Assembly: GCA_964627095.1 (NCBI GenBank) | Contig: CAZVKH010000001.1 | Location: 8,451-72,450, forward strand | Source of the DNA: an uncultured Candidatus Saccharibacteria bacterium | GTDB taxonomy: Bacteria > Patescibacteriota > Saccharimonadia > Saccharimonadales > JAUPVS01 | Reading direction: 5' to 3' | Length of the DNA stretch: 64,000 bases | In this document: positions 18,182-27,606 of the stretch, one piece after another | Numbering within the stretch: the first letter of the stretch is position 1 | Layout: every line of letters begins with the position of its first letter | Made by a program: the position numbers and the translations under genes | Notes under the pieces: generated by a model | What the model was told of the DNA's origin: nothing | What the model saw: the letters and a program-made list of their open reading frames with translations, nothing else | Databases searched by the model: none

Positions 18182-18685
18182 ATGACTAAGAAGAATCTTC
18201 GTACCGTTAGCAGCAATCAGGATGGGTTCACCGTCCCTGAACTGCTTTTGATGGTTCTTATAATTATAATCCTGTCTGGACTTGTTCTGACCAACTATCA
18301 GGCCCAACGCGCCAAGCAAAGAGACAGCCAGCGGGTTCAAGACATTAACTTGATCGACAACAAGCTCGAAACCTACTACAACGACAAAAACGCCTACCCA
18401 GCCACCTTTTCTGCCCAAGACTTGTTTAATGTTGATGAAGCGGTCTTAAAAGATCCCGATGGCAAGATGATCGTTTTTCACCCAGCGGTGGGTGACTCGG
18501 TGGCGGCTCAGGCTGTTACCAACCCGAACGAAAAAAGTGCTTCGAGCTACCTCTACATACCTTATCCAACTGGCTGTACCAATGCTGCCAATAATTGCAC
18601 CGGTTTTGTACTTAAAACTTTCGTTGAAAAGCCCACCAGCACAACTCCCAACCCATACACCAAGGTTGGCATTAATAACAACTAA
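18182..18685 (+). CDS. Type IV pilin / pseudopilin (class III signal peptide)
   Basis: Prepilin cleavage/methylation motif …DG|FTVPELLLMVLIIIILSGL…, 167 aa. Confidence 0.7.
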   Translation: MTKKNLRTVSSNQDGFTVPELLLMVLIIIILSGLVLTNYQAQRAKQRDSQRVQDINLIDNKLETYYNDKNAYPATFSAQDLFNVDEAVLKDPDGKMIVFHPAVGDSVAAQAVTNPNEKSASSYLYIPYPTGCTNAANNCTGFVLKTFVEKPTSTTPNPYTKVGINNN

Positions 18686-19266
18686 CGGCGACGGTTTCTA
18701 GAAGGATCGCTGTCTAGATATTTTTGACGGGCGTCTAATACTACTTTGCCGTAAAAGTTTGGTCGCGGGCAGTACTTAAAGTTAAAGTTTGCCTGCTCAC
18801 CGGCGGTTTCTACAATCAGATTGCCAAAACCAAAAATAGAGGCAAATATGCCCCGCTGCTTGGCGGTCACATCTTCTACGTTTGCTAGTGATAGTTCCGA
18901 GACTTTGCGATTAAATAGACCGTGCTGTAATACCTGGGTCAGATTCTTATTGCTTATGATAAGTTTGCTCTGCCTATAAATGTATGTGTAAAGCATTAGT
19001 ACCATCCAAACAGCGATTGCAATCAAGCCAATCACCACCGACAAAAATAGACGTAATTGTGAAAGCTGTTCGTTAGGGAACATAATCGGCGCCAGGAGCA
19101 TTAGCATAAATGAGCCCGCCACAAAACCAACTCCAACTTGGCAGTAAACTACAATAAGCCCGAATGAATGACGCTTAACTTCATAAAGTAAGGTTTCGCC
19201 TTCACTAATACCTTCTATAGTATTTTCGACGGTGTCTGGTGGCAGTGGGGTATCTGGATTCATCAC
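18682..19266 (-). CDS. Membrane protein with bacterial PH domain (bPH_2 / YdbS-like)
   Basis: Two TM helices followed by a PH-like domain, 194 aa. Confidence 0.55.
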   Translation of the reverse strand: MMNPDTPLPPDTVENTIEGISEGETLLYEVKRHSFGLIVVYCQVGVGFVAGSFMLMLLAPIMFPNEQLSQLRLFLSVVIGLIAIAVWMVLMLYTYIYRQSKLIISNKNLTQVLQHGLFNRKVSELSLANVEDVTAKQRGIFASIFGFGNLIVETAGEQANFNFKYCPRPNFYGKVVLDARQKYLDSDPSRNRRR

Positions 19267-19271
19267 TGCTA

Positions 19272-20303
19272 TTATAGCAAGATTTCTTGTTCTTCAGGAG
19301 TGTCCGGAGTTTTACCTAGGTGCTTATAGGCCTTGCGTGTAACCTTGCGGCCGCGCGGAGTACGCTCCAGTAGCCCAATCTGCATAAGATAAGGTTCGTA
19401 AAAGTCTTCGATAGTAGAACGCTCCTCGGCTGTAAGGGCAGCTAATGTTTCGACACCAACTGGGCCACCTTGATAGTTGTCGATTATCGCCATTAAAAGC
19501 ATGCGGTCGGCTGGGTCAAGCCCCAGATCATCAACTTCTAACAGCCCCAGAGCTTGGGTACTAATTTCGGCGTCGATGATGCCGTCGCCATTAATGTCGG
19601 CGTAGTCACGTACTCGCTTTAGTAAACGATTGGCGATGCGCGGCGTAAGCCGAGCGCGTTTGGCTAGATCTTGGGCGGCGGCCTTATCAATCTTTATGCC
19701 AATGATCTTGGCGGCCCGTTCAATAATCTGCTGGACTTCGTCTGGAGTGTAGAACTCTAAGCGGTGTATCATGCCAAAACGATCACGTAGGGGAGCGGCC
19801 AAGGCACCAGTTCGGGTGGTGGCGCCAATAATTGTAAACTTGGGCAAATCTAAGCGCAGGCTGCGGGCGGTTGGGCCCTTACCAAGCATGATGTCGAGTT
19901 TGAAGTCTTCCATGGCACTGTAAAGAACCTCTTCGACCGAACGGTTCAAGCGGTGGATTTCGTCGATGAACAGAATATCGCCGTCCTGCAGGTTGGTTAG
20001 TAGGCTAGCCAAATCACCGGCCCGCTCCACAGCCGGGCCACTGGTGACGCGAATGTTGGCTCCCATTTCGTTGGCAATAACAGTTGCCATGGTCGTTTTG
20101 CCCAGGCCTGGTGGACCGTACAACAGAATATGGTCGAGCGGCTCTCCACGTTTGGTGGCGGCCGCAATCGCCAATTGCAAATTCTGTTTTAAACGCTTCT
20201 GCCCAATATAGTTGGTGAAGTCATGGGGGCGGAGTGTAATCTCTAACTCGGCCTCAATTGGGTCTTCTTCATCCTTGGTACTTACAATTCGTTCAATCGC
20301 CAT
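19272..20303 (-). CDS. ruvB: Holliday junction branch migration ATPase RuvB
   Basis: Walker [10 protein letters not shown], Walker B DEIHRL, 343 aa. Confidence 0.95.
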   Translation of the reverse strand: MAIERIVSTKDEEDPIEAELEITLRPHDFTNYIGQKRLKQNLQLAIAAATKRGEPLDHILLYGPPGLGKTTMATVIANEMGANIRVTSGPAVERAGDLASLLTNLQDGDILFIDEIHRLNRSVEEVLYSAMEDFKLDIMLGKGPTARSLRLDLPKFTIIGATTRTGALAAPLRDRFGMIHRLEFYTPDEVQQIIERAAKIIGIKIDKAAAQDLAKRARLTPRIANRLLKRVRDYADINGDGIIDAEISTQALGLLEVDDLGLDPADRMLLMAIIDNYQGGPVGVETLAALTAEERSTIEDFYEPYLMQIGLLERTPRGRKVTRKAYKHLGKTPDTPEEQEILL

Positions 20304-20304
20304 A

Positions 20305-20886
20305 TTATTTTCCGGTTAAGGCTCGTTTAATGCGATCCTCAGTTGGGATGTCTTGCGGGATGCCAGCTAGGGCAGTGGCAGCATCGGGAGCAGTGTAACC
20401 CAAGGCCATCAAAGCCTCGACAGCTTCGTCCTGCACCAAACTTGCATCCGACTGTAATATACCCAAACTATCTAAATCAACGCCAGCCAAACCAACTTTA
20501 TCTTTTAGCTCAACGACAACTCGTTCGGCGACACGTTTTCCAACACCGTTAGCTTGCTGAATGAACTTGGTATCGCCACTTGCTAGTGCTCGCCTCACCT
20601 CACCCACTGTGCCAATACTTAACATGTTAAGTGCCATTCGTGGACCAATGCCATTGACTGAAAGGAGTAGTTCAAACAAATTTTTAGTTTCTAGGCTGCA
20701 GAAACCGTACAGGTCGTAACTGCTCTCTCTTATGTGTTCGTAGATGTAGAGCTTGGTCACCTGCTCTGGCGTCAGCTTTCCAAAGTCTTCAGCCGTTACT
20801 AGCAGCCCATAGCCAACCCCGGCGACGTTTAGAACAACGACGTCTTTCAGTTTTTCGGATACAGTCCCCTCTAACGTTGCAATCAT
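20305..20886 (-). CDS. ruvA: Holliday junction DNA helicase RuvA
   Basis: [12 protein letters not shown]…, HhH motifs. ATG at 20886 chosen because the longer ORF would overlap ruvC. Confidence 0.9.
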   Translation of the reverse strand: MIATLEGTVSEKLKDVVVLNVAGVGYGLLVTAEDFGKLTPEQVTKLYIYEHIRESSYDLYGFCSLETKNLFELLLSVNGIGPRMALNMLSIGTVGEVRRALASGDTKFIQQANGVGKRVAERVVVELKDKVGLAGVDLDSLGILQSDASLVQDEAVEALMALGYTAPDAATALAGIPQDIPTEDRIKRALTGK

Positions 20887-20908
20887 ATGATACTTATTAT
20901 CGCATATA

Positions 20909-21382
20909 TTACCGTAAAGCGGTGCTACAACAGATGGCCGCTGCCAATGCATCGGCAGCATCGTCCGGTTTTGGTATTTCTTTTAGATTGAGTAGCATAC
21001 GCACCATCTCTTGAACCTGCTTTTTGTCGGCTTTGCCATAGCCAGTCAACGACTGTTTTATTTGCTGAGGCGTGAACTCGTGCAGTTCCAGGCTATGCTG
21101 CTTACCGCAGAGCAGAACTACGCCACGGGCCTGTGAAACACTCATTGCCGTTGTAACATTCTGGGCGAAGAAGAGCTTTTCTACCGACATAACTGTTGGT
21201 TGGGTGCTTTTGATGATCTCGTGCAGCTCGTCATAAATTGTACTTAGACGCTCGCTATCGGCCTGCTTAACTGGCGTTCGGATGACACCGGCGTCAACCA
21301 GCGAAAGCTTCCCTTGCTTACTGACTTCAACGACGCCGAAACCAAGAATACCGGTACCTGGGTCAATCCCTAAAATTCTCAT
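20909..21382 (-). CDS. ruvC: Crossover junction endodeoxyribonuclease RuvC
   Basis: MRILGIDPGTGILGFGVVE…, 157 aa. Confidence 0.9.
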   Translation of the reverse strand: MRILGIDPGTGILGFGVVEVSKQGKLSLVDAGVIRTPVKQADSERLSTIYDELHEIIKSTQPTVMSVEKLFFAQNVTTAMSVSQARGVVLLCGKQHSLELHEFTPQQIKQSLTGYGKADKKQVQEMVRMLLNLKEIPKPDDAADALAAAICCSTALR

Positions 21383-21401
21383 AGTAGTAGCATAGCAGAG
21401 G

Positions 21402-22928
21402 CTAGTTGGTTATTAGGCTTTTAATACGTTGCACCAGTCGGCTTATTTCTTGGCGGTATTCATACGCGCCGTAGCTAACGATGATTATCATGACAGCCCC
21501 GATGATTACTATGTGACCCTTGCGTGGAGCAACAGTTTTATCGCCCAGAACCTTACCTGTTGTCTTGGCCACAATTTTGCGGCAGCGGCCAGTAGTGGGG
21601 TTGCGCTCTTGGCCGGCCTCGCAGGCTTTTTGAGTGCTGGCAGTTTCGATTTTGCGACAACGATTGGTCGCTGGATTCTTTTCTTGCCCAACCGGGCAGG
21701 TAATGGCTGCTAAGACTGCTAGCTTGCGGCAACGGCCAGTTTCGGGATTACGTTCTTGATCAGCATTGCAAGCCACCAAAACAGCAGATTCTTCGTTAGA
21801 CTTGCAGCGTCCGGTGGCAGGGTTGCGGAACTTACCAGCTGGGCATGGTTCTGCCTCGCCTTGCTCGGTTTGCTGTGCTGATTCACTTACGAGTAAGTTT
21901 TCCAAAGCTGGCGTTGGCTGTTTGGTTAGCGCCCAGAATCCGTTTACCAAAGCCCAGGCTTCGTCATCGGATAGGGCTGGGTAATTAACTGATGTTGTTT
22001 CAGTTATAGTCTCGAGGGTTACCACACCGCCACTGTTACCCAACTGAAGAGCCGAGACTGAGTAGTAGACAGCCTTGTATTCGTGGGCCTGTATTGTGGT
22101 TTGTTCAGGAAAAATATACTCCTTGGTGGCCGTGCGAAGCTTGCAGCCATGTAGTGATTGAGTTTGGTCGGTTGGATTATATATTTCTATAAATTCGCCA
22201 AGTGTATCGTCGCCGGCTGGGTTGGGCAAAATTTCGTTAATCTGAATGCCCTGGCAAGTTGGCTGTGAACTCGTGGGTGGCGGCACCGAAGGTGGCAGAC
22301 TTGGTGGGGTTACGCTAACGCTATATATATTGCCACCTTGCGGTGTGGCCGGCTTATAATTGGCAACACCATCTGACTTGTTGTACAGACCATTGGTTGT
22401 TGGTCTTTGTAGCGTATAGCTAGGTCCCGCTACGGCCGACACCTTATCGCAGCCAGTAATAGTAGTCGCCGAGCCCCAAGCCACGCAGTCGACCATGGTC
22501 GTGCCGTTCATCAACCTAACATGTCCGCCAGACTTAGCTAGAAATCCAGAAGTTGATACATCACCAGCACCAAAGATACTATCTGGTGCAACCGGGTAAT
22601 ACCCGTCGTGCTCCCAGATTCCATGGCCATTACCGCTTATTTGTCCGGAAATTGTGTCGATAATTTGGGTGGCGGCAGCTGTGCCATTATGCGAAGCTGA
22701 CAGATATTCTAGTCGCCAACCGGTCATATTAACCGCTGCGCCCGTAGTATTTGTTAGCTCAACGAATTCCTGTCGTGGGTATTCTACCCCAGCGCTGTCG
22801 ATAAAGCCGGTCTGAACTTCGGTAATAAGAACTGATGGCTGGACGGCGCCAACTGGCGAAGCCATACACAGCTGTAAGACAACTAATGTAGTGGCGCCAA
22901 GGCTTAGTGCGGTTAGATATTTCTTCAT
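21402..22928 (-). CDS. Secreted protein with two lamin-tail domains, four tandem Cys-pair repeats and a C-terminal TM anchor
   Basis: Signal peptide MKKYLTALSLGATTLVVLQLCMASPVGA. LTD-like segments ITEVQTG…EFVELTN and QINEILPNPAGDDTLGEFIEIYNPTD. Four repeats C-x3-[QE][EK][RK]NPxT[GN]RC[RK][KS]. A TM helix follows. Confidence 0.65.
   Translation of the reverse strand: MKKYLTALSLGATTLVVLQLCMASPVGAVQPSVLITEVQTGFIDSAGVEYPRQEFVELTNTTGAAVNMTGWRLEYLSASHNGTAAATQIIDTISGQISGNGHGIWEHDGYYPVAPDSIFGAGDVSTSGFLAKSGGHVRLMNGTTMVDCVAWGSATTITGCDKVSAVAGPSYTLQRPTTNGLYNKSDGVANYKPATPQGGNIYSVSVTPPSLPPSVPPPTSSQPTCQGIQINEILPNPAGDDTLGEFIEIYNPTDQTQSLHGCKLRTATKEYIFPEQTTIQAHEYKAVYYSVSALQLGNSGGVVTLETITETTSVNYPALSDDEAWALVNGFWALTKQPTPALENLLVSESAQQTEQGEAEPCPAGKFRNPATGRCKSNEESAVLVACNADQERNPETGRCRKLAVLAAITCPVGQEKNPATNRCRKIETASTQKACEAGQERNPTTGRCRKIVAKTTGKVLGDKTVAPRKGHIVIIGAVMIIIVSYGAYEYRQEISRLVQRIKSLITN
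21576..21846 (-). repeat. Four tandem ~25-codon repeats encoding CxxGQERNPxTGRCRK modules inside the LTD protein gene
   Basis: CPAGKFRNPATGRCKS / CNADQERNPETGRCRK / CPVGQEKNPATNRCRK / CEAGQERNPTTGRCRK. DNA-level identity is moderate. Confidence 0.5.
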
Positions 22929-23045
22929 AGTGCAGCCATAGTAAAACGACCACAACAACAGCGTCAAAACTATCCAATTAACAGTTAATTAATAGTTAAT
23001 ATTACCCTATTGGACCTTAATTAAATCTAGGCGAATTATTAACTT

Positions 23046-23777
23046 TTAATTAGCTAGAAATTCTTCTGGAATATCAAAATTGACGTGCGTATTGCTAACG
23101 TCATCAATGCTATCAATGGCATCCATCAGTCGTAAAATTTTACCGGCGGTGGCTTCGTCTTCCACGGTAACGGTATTATTGGGAACATAGGTTAGTTCAG
23201 CTTCAGTAATTTCTAGGTCAGCCGCCTTAAGGGCATCACGAACCTTACCCAGTTCTTTGGCATCGGTGTAGATGACTGACTCGTTTTCTTCTTCCTGGAC
23301 ATCCTCAGCGCCAGCGTCGAGCGCAGTTAGCATTAACTCGTCTCCAACGCCATTAACCCGAATCATGCCTTTGTGATCAAACTGGAAGGCGACAGCGCCC
23401 TTTTCGGCAATACTGCCACCATGTTTACTAAAAGCCAGTTTTACTTCTGGATAAGTGCGGTTGATGTTATCGGTAGCAACCTCAACTAAAATGGCGACGC
23501 CACCTGGCCCGTAACCTTCGTAAAGTAATTCCTGAATCTGTTCGCCACCTAGTTTGCCGGAACCACGGTCAATCGAACGCTGAATATTGGCCACCGGCAT
23601 GTTTGATGCTTTGGCACGGTCAATTGCCAAGCGTAAGCTGAAGTTCATATCGGGGTCGGCACCAGCGCGGGCGGCCACTGCAATGGCATTACCAAGTTTA
23701 GTAAACAAAGCACCACGAGCGGTATCTTTGGCGCCCTTTTGACGTTTGATTGTTGACCACTTAGAATGACCTGACAT
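23046..23777 (-). CDS. yebC: YebC/PmpR-family DNA-binding regulator
   Basis: MSGHSKWSTIKRQKGAKDTARGALFTKL…, 243 aa. Confidence 0.9.
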   Translation of the reverse strand: MSGHSKWSTIKRQKGAKDTARGALFTKLGNAIAVAARAGADPDMNFSLRLAIDRAKASNMPVANIQRSIDRGSGKLGGEQIQELLYEGYGPGGVAILVEVATDNINRTYPEVKLAFSKHGGSIAEKGAVAFQFDHKGMIRVNGVGDELMLTALDAGAEDVQEEENESVIYTDAKELGKVRDALKAADLEITEAELTYVPNNTVTVEDEATAGKILRLMDAIDSIDDVSNTHVNFDIPEEFLAN

Positions 23778-23782
23778 ATCTG

Positions 23783-25207
23783 TTATTCTAGCACATTTTG
23801 GACGTTTCGGCGAACGGCAATTCGTTTGAGCAACATTACCACAATAACAATCGCACCATAAGCTATGGTCATACTATAGACATCTATGGAAAGTTCAGCG
23901 GCGGCATGCGGGAGCCGGCTAAATTGGGCCGAGATGTCGATCATGTAGGTGAGCAGGGTCTTGGCGGGCCAGGCCAAAAGCCCAGAAACCGGCAGCCACG
24001 ACAGAGGACCTAAACCGGCGATCAAGGTTAACAACATGGCTAGCGGCACCAATGGAACAACCAAGACGTTGGCAACAAGACCGATAATCGATACCCGGCC
24101 AAATATATACATGATTATAGGCACGGTCATAACTTGAGCTGACACGGTTTCGGTAACTAGGCTACCAAGCAGCTTGGGTGACTTACGCCGCAGCCCACTT
24201 ATAGCCGGGGCAATTACCAACACTCCAAAGAATGCCAGGAATGACAAGTACCAGCCAATGTCCGACCAAATATAGTATGGGTTCCAAGCAGCTGTAATGG
24301 CGGCAGCCAGAGCCAGTAGTAACACCGGCTTAAACTGACGACCATAATACCAAGCTAACAAACTTAGGCTGCTAACTAGTGCGGCTCGTATTATTGAAGC
24401 ACTTAGGCCAGTGAGCATTACAAACACCAGCATTAATGCGCTGGCTGCTACCACAATCTGAAACTTTGAGCCCTTCTGCAAAAGCTTGCGGACGGCCATG
24501 ATAATGATCGTTAGGTTATAGCCCGAAACAGCCACCAGGTGCGTTAAGCCGGTGACCGAAAGCTGGTCATTGACTTCTTTTGGGATGGTACTTCTCTGAC
24601 CCAATAATAAACCGGCTCCAAAAGATGCTTCGGGTTCGGGTATTGAAGACTGCAGGCCGGCAATAAACCGCCGCCGCACCACATCGAGCCGTGACTGATG
24701 GCGCTGCGTAACTTTAATGTTGGCAAAACTCATTCGAGCCTGGGCAGCACCGCGCGTGGGGCTGAGCTTACCAGAGACTTGTAGTTGATCACCGCGGTAG
24801 ACCATTGATTCACCGCGGCCCTCGACCTTGATCTTTCCAAGCAAAGCAACAGTTTCAGGCTGCCTAACAACAAGCTGGTTGGCATCAAAACTTAACATAC
24901 CTTTGTCGCTATATACGGCATCGGTTTCGGCCTGTGCCGTAACTACGACTGGCCTAGCAAACAATGACTTATAACGAGACAGCTGGTACATATAGGCAGT
25001 ACCCCTAAATAGCCCTAACTGGAATCCACAACACAATAGCAGCAAACAACTAAGCACATTCTGCCAACGATAAACTGCCGCCATGAAAACAAAACTTGCA
25101 GCCAGCAGCAAAGTTTGCCGATATTCAATTCGGCGGGCCGCCACCAAGCCAAGTAAGACAGCCAAGAAAAAGCCCACCAGTTGGGTGTTTTGTTTAAAGT
25201 AGTTCAC
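23783..25207 (-). CDS. comEC: DNA internalisation competence protein ComEC/Rec2 (competence domain only, no metallo-beta-lactamase domain)
   Basis: Polytopic; LSVTGLTHLVAVSGYNLTII competence-domain motif. Confidence 0.7.
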   Translation of the reverse strand: MNYFKQNTQLVGFFLAVLLGLVAARRIEYRQTLLLAASFVFMAAVYRWQNVLSCLLLLCCGFQLGLFRGTAYMYQLSRYKSLFARPVVVTAQAETDAVYSDKGMLSFDANQLVVRQPETVALLGKIKVEGRGESMVYRGDQLQVSGKLSPTRGAAQARMSFANIKVTQRHQSRLDVVRRRFIAGLQSSIPEPEASFGAGLLLGQRSTIPKEVNDQLSVTGLTHLVAVSGYNLTIIIMAVRKLLQKGSKFQIVVAASALMLVFVMLTGLSASIIRAALVSSLSLLAWYYGRQFKPVLLLALAAAITAAWNPYYIWSDIGWYLSFLAFFGVLVIAPAISGLRRKSPKLLGSLVTETVSAQVMTVPIIMYIFGRVSIIGLVANVLVVPLVPLAMLLTLIAGLGPLSWLPVSGLLAWPAKTLLTYMIDISAQFSRLPHAAAELSIDVYSMTIAYGAIVIVVMLLKRIAVRRNVQNVLE

Positions 25208-25241
25208 CTAGCCACATTACATGGCCAGTATTAAGAAGTTC

Positions 25242-26750
25242 TTAACTTTCGCTGAAGACTTTTTGGACTAATTCAAGTTGCCTTTGGTTAGTCGGATCAA
25301 ACTTAGCCTTAAATACTAGGTCAAGCATCGCCGGGTCGTTTTTATACTTTTCCCAAAATGTGACAACTCGCTGCTTACCCTCTAAGTATGCCAAGTCTTT
25401 GTTAAATGTAAGTAGGTGATGCTCCCCGTCAGAAAGTCTATCATCAACGCTGGTTGGCGTGCCTCTAAATATTCGAACGCAGCCCGCGTAAGTGTTGTTT
25501 TGAGCGGTAGAAATTTGTTTTTCAGTTGGCTCTTCGCCGCTTTGAGCTTTTATCAACACTCGTGCCCGCCAAAGTGTTTCGAATACCTTGCGAAAGTCAT
25601 TTCCTTCGTAAGCTAAACCGTAGGCTGCATATCGCTCCAGATTCGGTGCATCCCAACTCGTATCCTCACCTGTTGTTGCTTTCTCGCAAGTCGAAGCAAA
25701 ACCTTCTTCGAAAGTCAGGTAGTCACTTACTTCGCCAGGTTCGGCAGCCGTGTATAGCCCCGTCCCAACCACCGGAATATCTGTCTCGATGCCACTCATG
25801 GCCCGGCCAGCATGAACTATGTATTCGTGCACTACTTTACTTAACATCTCTTTTGCAGAAGAAATAGGACCACGCTTGCCACCAATTACTACAGCCATCT
25901 GTTCTGTTTCCCAAGAAAGTGCAGTCGCCGATGGGTCGATAAGCACTTGGATTCCAGAACTATTATCAGGGTCACGCTGTTGATGAATAAGACTAAAGAT
26001 AGCGTACATATCATCGACGGTAAAATGCTGTTCTTCCGTCGGTCTTGGCTTAACATTTTCGTCCCAATACCGTAATATAGTCGGCTCAAGATCTGGGTTA
26101 TCGCTCAAGACTTTCTCATCCAGATAATCGAGTAGTTCTTGAGGTAGTGGCTTAAGTGGCTCGGCATCATTACGCTTAAGTGGAGATACGACGATAGATT
26201 TGCCTGCAACTTCTACCACAAAGCCATGTTCTAGCTCTTGCTTGAGTTGTTGCCCAACTCCAACCAACTCCTTGCCATCAATCTGACGCCAAATTTCACT
26301 TACTACGCCAGCGTACAAGTCTTGATCGGGTTTGCCGTACAGCTGTTCGTTCAGGTTTTGAACATAGCTAGCCCGGCGATCAAGTTCGTCTTCTGACATC
26401 GTAAAGTGGCCATCAATAAGTTCTTTGGCGCTTAGCAACCAATACATCTCGGCCATTCGATAAGCTGCGCTGTCCCAAATTGCCTCTTTGGCAGTCTGGT
26501 CGGGCTGCGCCTCGGCTAGTTTTAGAACCTCACCCAGAACAGATATGCCATTTCTTAGTTCGTTTTCATCTAAAACTGGGTAATCAAGGGTGGGGTTAAC
26601 AACATCGCCTGCGAGAAAATCATCTCTTTGTTGAGCCCGCTCATCTTTGTCGCCCGCCAAACGTTTATACGACTGAAATGCGATTTCAGGAGTATTGAGA
26701 GGATGGAGTTGTTCGCGTAGCGAGACTCCTTCAAGAAGTATCTCTGACAT
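25242..26750 (-). CDS. Hypothetical protein (503 aa; possible DUF1704-like), leaderless
   Basis: ATG at 26750 (MSEILLEG…) directly follows TTATAAT. The longer ORF-track N-terminus would run through the conserved element and the tRNA-Lys terminator. Confidence 0.5.
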   Translation of the reverse strand: MSEILLEGVSLREQLHPLNTPEIAFQSYKRLAGDKDERAQQRDDFLAGDVVNPTLDYPVLDENELRNGISVLGEVLKLAEAQPDQTAKEAIWDSAAYRMAEMYWLLSAKELIDGHFTMSEDELDRRASYVQNLNEQLYGKPDQDLYAGVVSEIWRQIDGKELVGVGQQLKQELEHGFVVEVAGKSIVVSPLKRNDAEPLKPLPQELLDYLDEKVLSDNPDLEPTILRYWDENVKPRPTEEQHFTVDDMYAIFSLIHQQRDPDNSSGIQVLIDPSATALSWETEQMAVVIGGKRGPISSAKEMLSKVVHEYIVHAGRAMSGIETDIPVVGTGLYTAAEPGEVSDYLTFEEGFASTCEKATTGEDTSWDAPNLERYAAYGLAYEGNDFRKVFETLWRARVLIKAQSGEEPTEKQISTAQNNTYAGCVRIFRGTPTSVDDRLSDGEHHLLTFNKDLAYLEGKQRVVTFWEKYKNDPAMLDLVFKAKFDPTNQRQLELVQKVFSES

Positions 26751-26792
26751 ATACATATTATAACATAATAGAATGAGTTTTACGATGCCACT

Positions 26793-26890
26793 GGGGCAAC
26801 GCACATCTACGGCCTTGCTCGGAATGCATTCCTGCGCATGGCCTTGATGACCGAACCCCGGCTGCGCCGTTTGGGTTCTCGGCGCGTGCT
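26793..26890. other. tRNA-adjacent conserved structured element, copy A (candidate ncRNA/cis element)
   Basis: About 75 nt nearly identical to 53732..53806. Nested helices CATC/GATG, GGCC/GGCC, GGAAT-GC-ATTCC. Lies between the tRNA-Lys terminator and the leaderless 25242..26750 gene. Confidence 0.5.
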
Positions 26891-26891
26891 C

Positions 26892-26928
26892 CATGAAAAA
26901 AGCCGAACACAAGGTTCGACTGTTTTCA
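26892..26928. terminator. Bidirectional terminator hairpin (CATGAAAAAAGCCGAAC-ACAAG-GTTCGACTGTTTTCATG) 3' of tRNA-Lys
   Basis: About 17-bp imperfect stem containing A/T tracts. Confidence 0.55.
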
Positions 26929-27005
26929 TGGAGGGCCCACTGGGACTCGAACCCAGGACACCCTGCTTAAAAGGCAGGTGCTCTAACCGGCTGAGCTATG
27001 GGCCC
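26929..27005 (-). tRNA. tRNA-Lys (anticodon TTT)
   Basis: Acceptor GGGCCCA/TGGGCCC, D arm GCTC-AGCCGGTTA-GAGC, anticodon stem CCTGC/GCAGG with loop CTTTTAA, T arm CTGGG-TTCGAGT-CCCAG, CCA encoded. Promoter TTGACT-17-TAATGT lies upstream. Confidence 0.9.
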
Positions 27006-27078
27006 ACATAGATCAAGAATTGCCGAATTAACTTCTTACATTATCCGTATTTTTGCCAAAAAGTCAATGTTCGGCGCT

Positions 27079-27573
27079 TTAGCGACGGCGGCGTTGACGG
27101 CGTCGGTGATGCCGTGGGTGAGCCATCCAAAAGCTGGCTAAGCTAACAAACACGCCGACTACCACCACAAATTCTTTGCTATTCATTAGCAGTGTCCAAC
27201 CACTTAGGCTGGTAATGGTGTCTTGTGGGCCGCTAGGCAGCAGCGGTACGGCTAAGATCACGCCAACAATACCCAGGGCAATGGCTGGCAGAACATTAAC
27301 GAAAGTTTTAGGACCAGACATCGACTTGGTGGTAAAAATAGTGCTCAGGACGGCTGGTAAGACCAGTAGAGCAAACTGAAAGTACTGATTAACAACGTCG
27401 GAGTTATTGCCAATTGCTGAGCCAACTAAGCCGGCTTCGTTACCAGCAAACTGCACTAATACAGCGCCGGCGCAAAGGCTTAAAAAGACCACGGCGGCGT
27501 TTGCTCGAAGCAATAAAACCACCAAGACTGGGGCAGCAATCGCTACCAACAGAGCAATATTTTGCATTATCAT
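27079..27573 (-). CDS. Hypothetical polytopic membrane protein with Arg-rich C-terminus
   Basis: 164 aa, 4-5 hydrophobic helices, …HPRHHRRRQRRRR tail. Confidence 0.45.
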   Translation of the reverse strand: MIMQNIALLVAIAAPVLVVLLLRANAAVVFLSLCAGAVLVQFAGNEAGLVGSAIGNNSDVVNQYFQFALLVLPAVLSTIFTTKSMSGPKTFVNVLPAIALGIVGVILAVPLLPSGPQDTITSLSGWTLLMNSKEFVVVVGVFVSLASFWMAHPRHHRRRQRRRR

Positions 27574-27606
27574 GCGCCCATCATAGCATGAGCGGGTTGG
27601 TTTTGC

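Noticed and set aside
26793-26890. Possibility that the tRNA-adjacent element is SRP (4.5S) RNA
   Set aside because: There are short similarities to the SRP domain IV 3' strand (AGCA, AAGGC, AGATG, TGCC). The topology, however, lacks the GGAA tetraloop context and the conserved symmetric loop. Three copies per 64 kb is also implausible for ffs. I keep it as an uncharacterised element.
25242-26912. Long ORF-track version of the hypothetical gene (556 aa)
   Set aside because: Its first 54 codons run through the conserved element and the tRNA-Lys terminator. An ATG at 26750 sits right after TTATAAT, so the shorter leaderless form is preferred.
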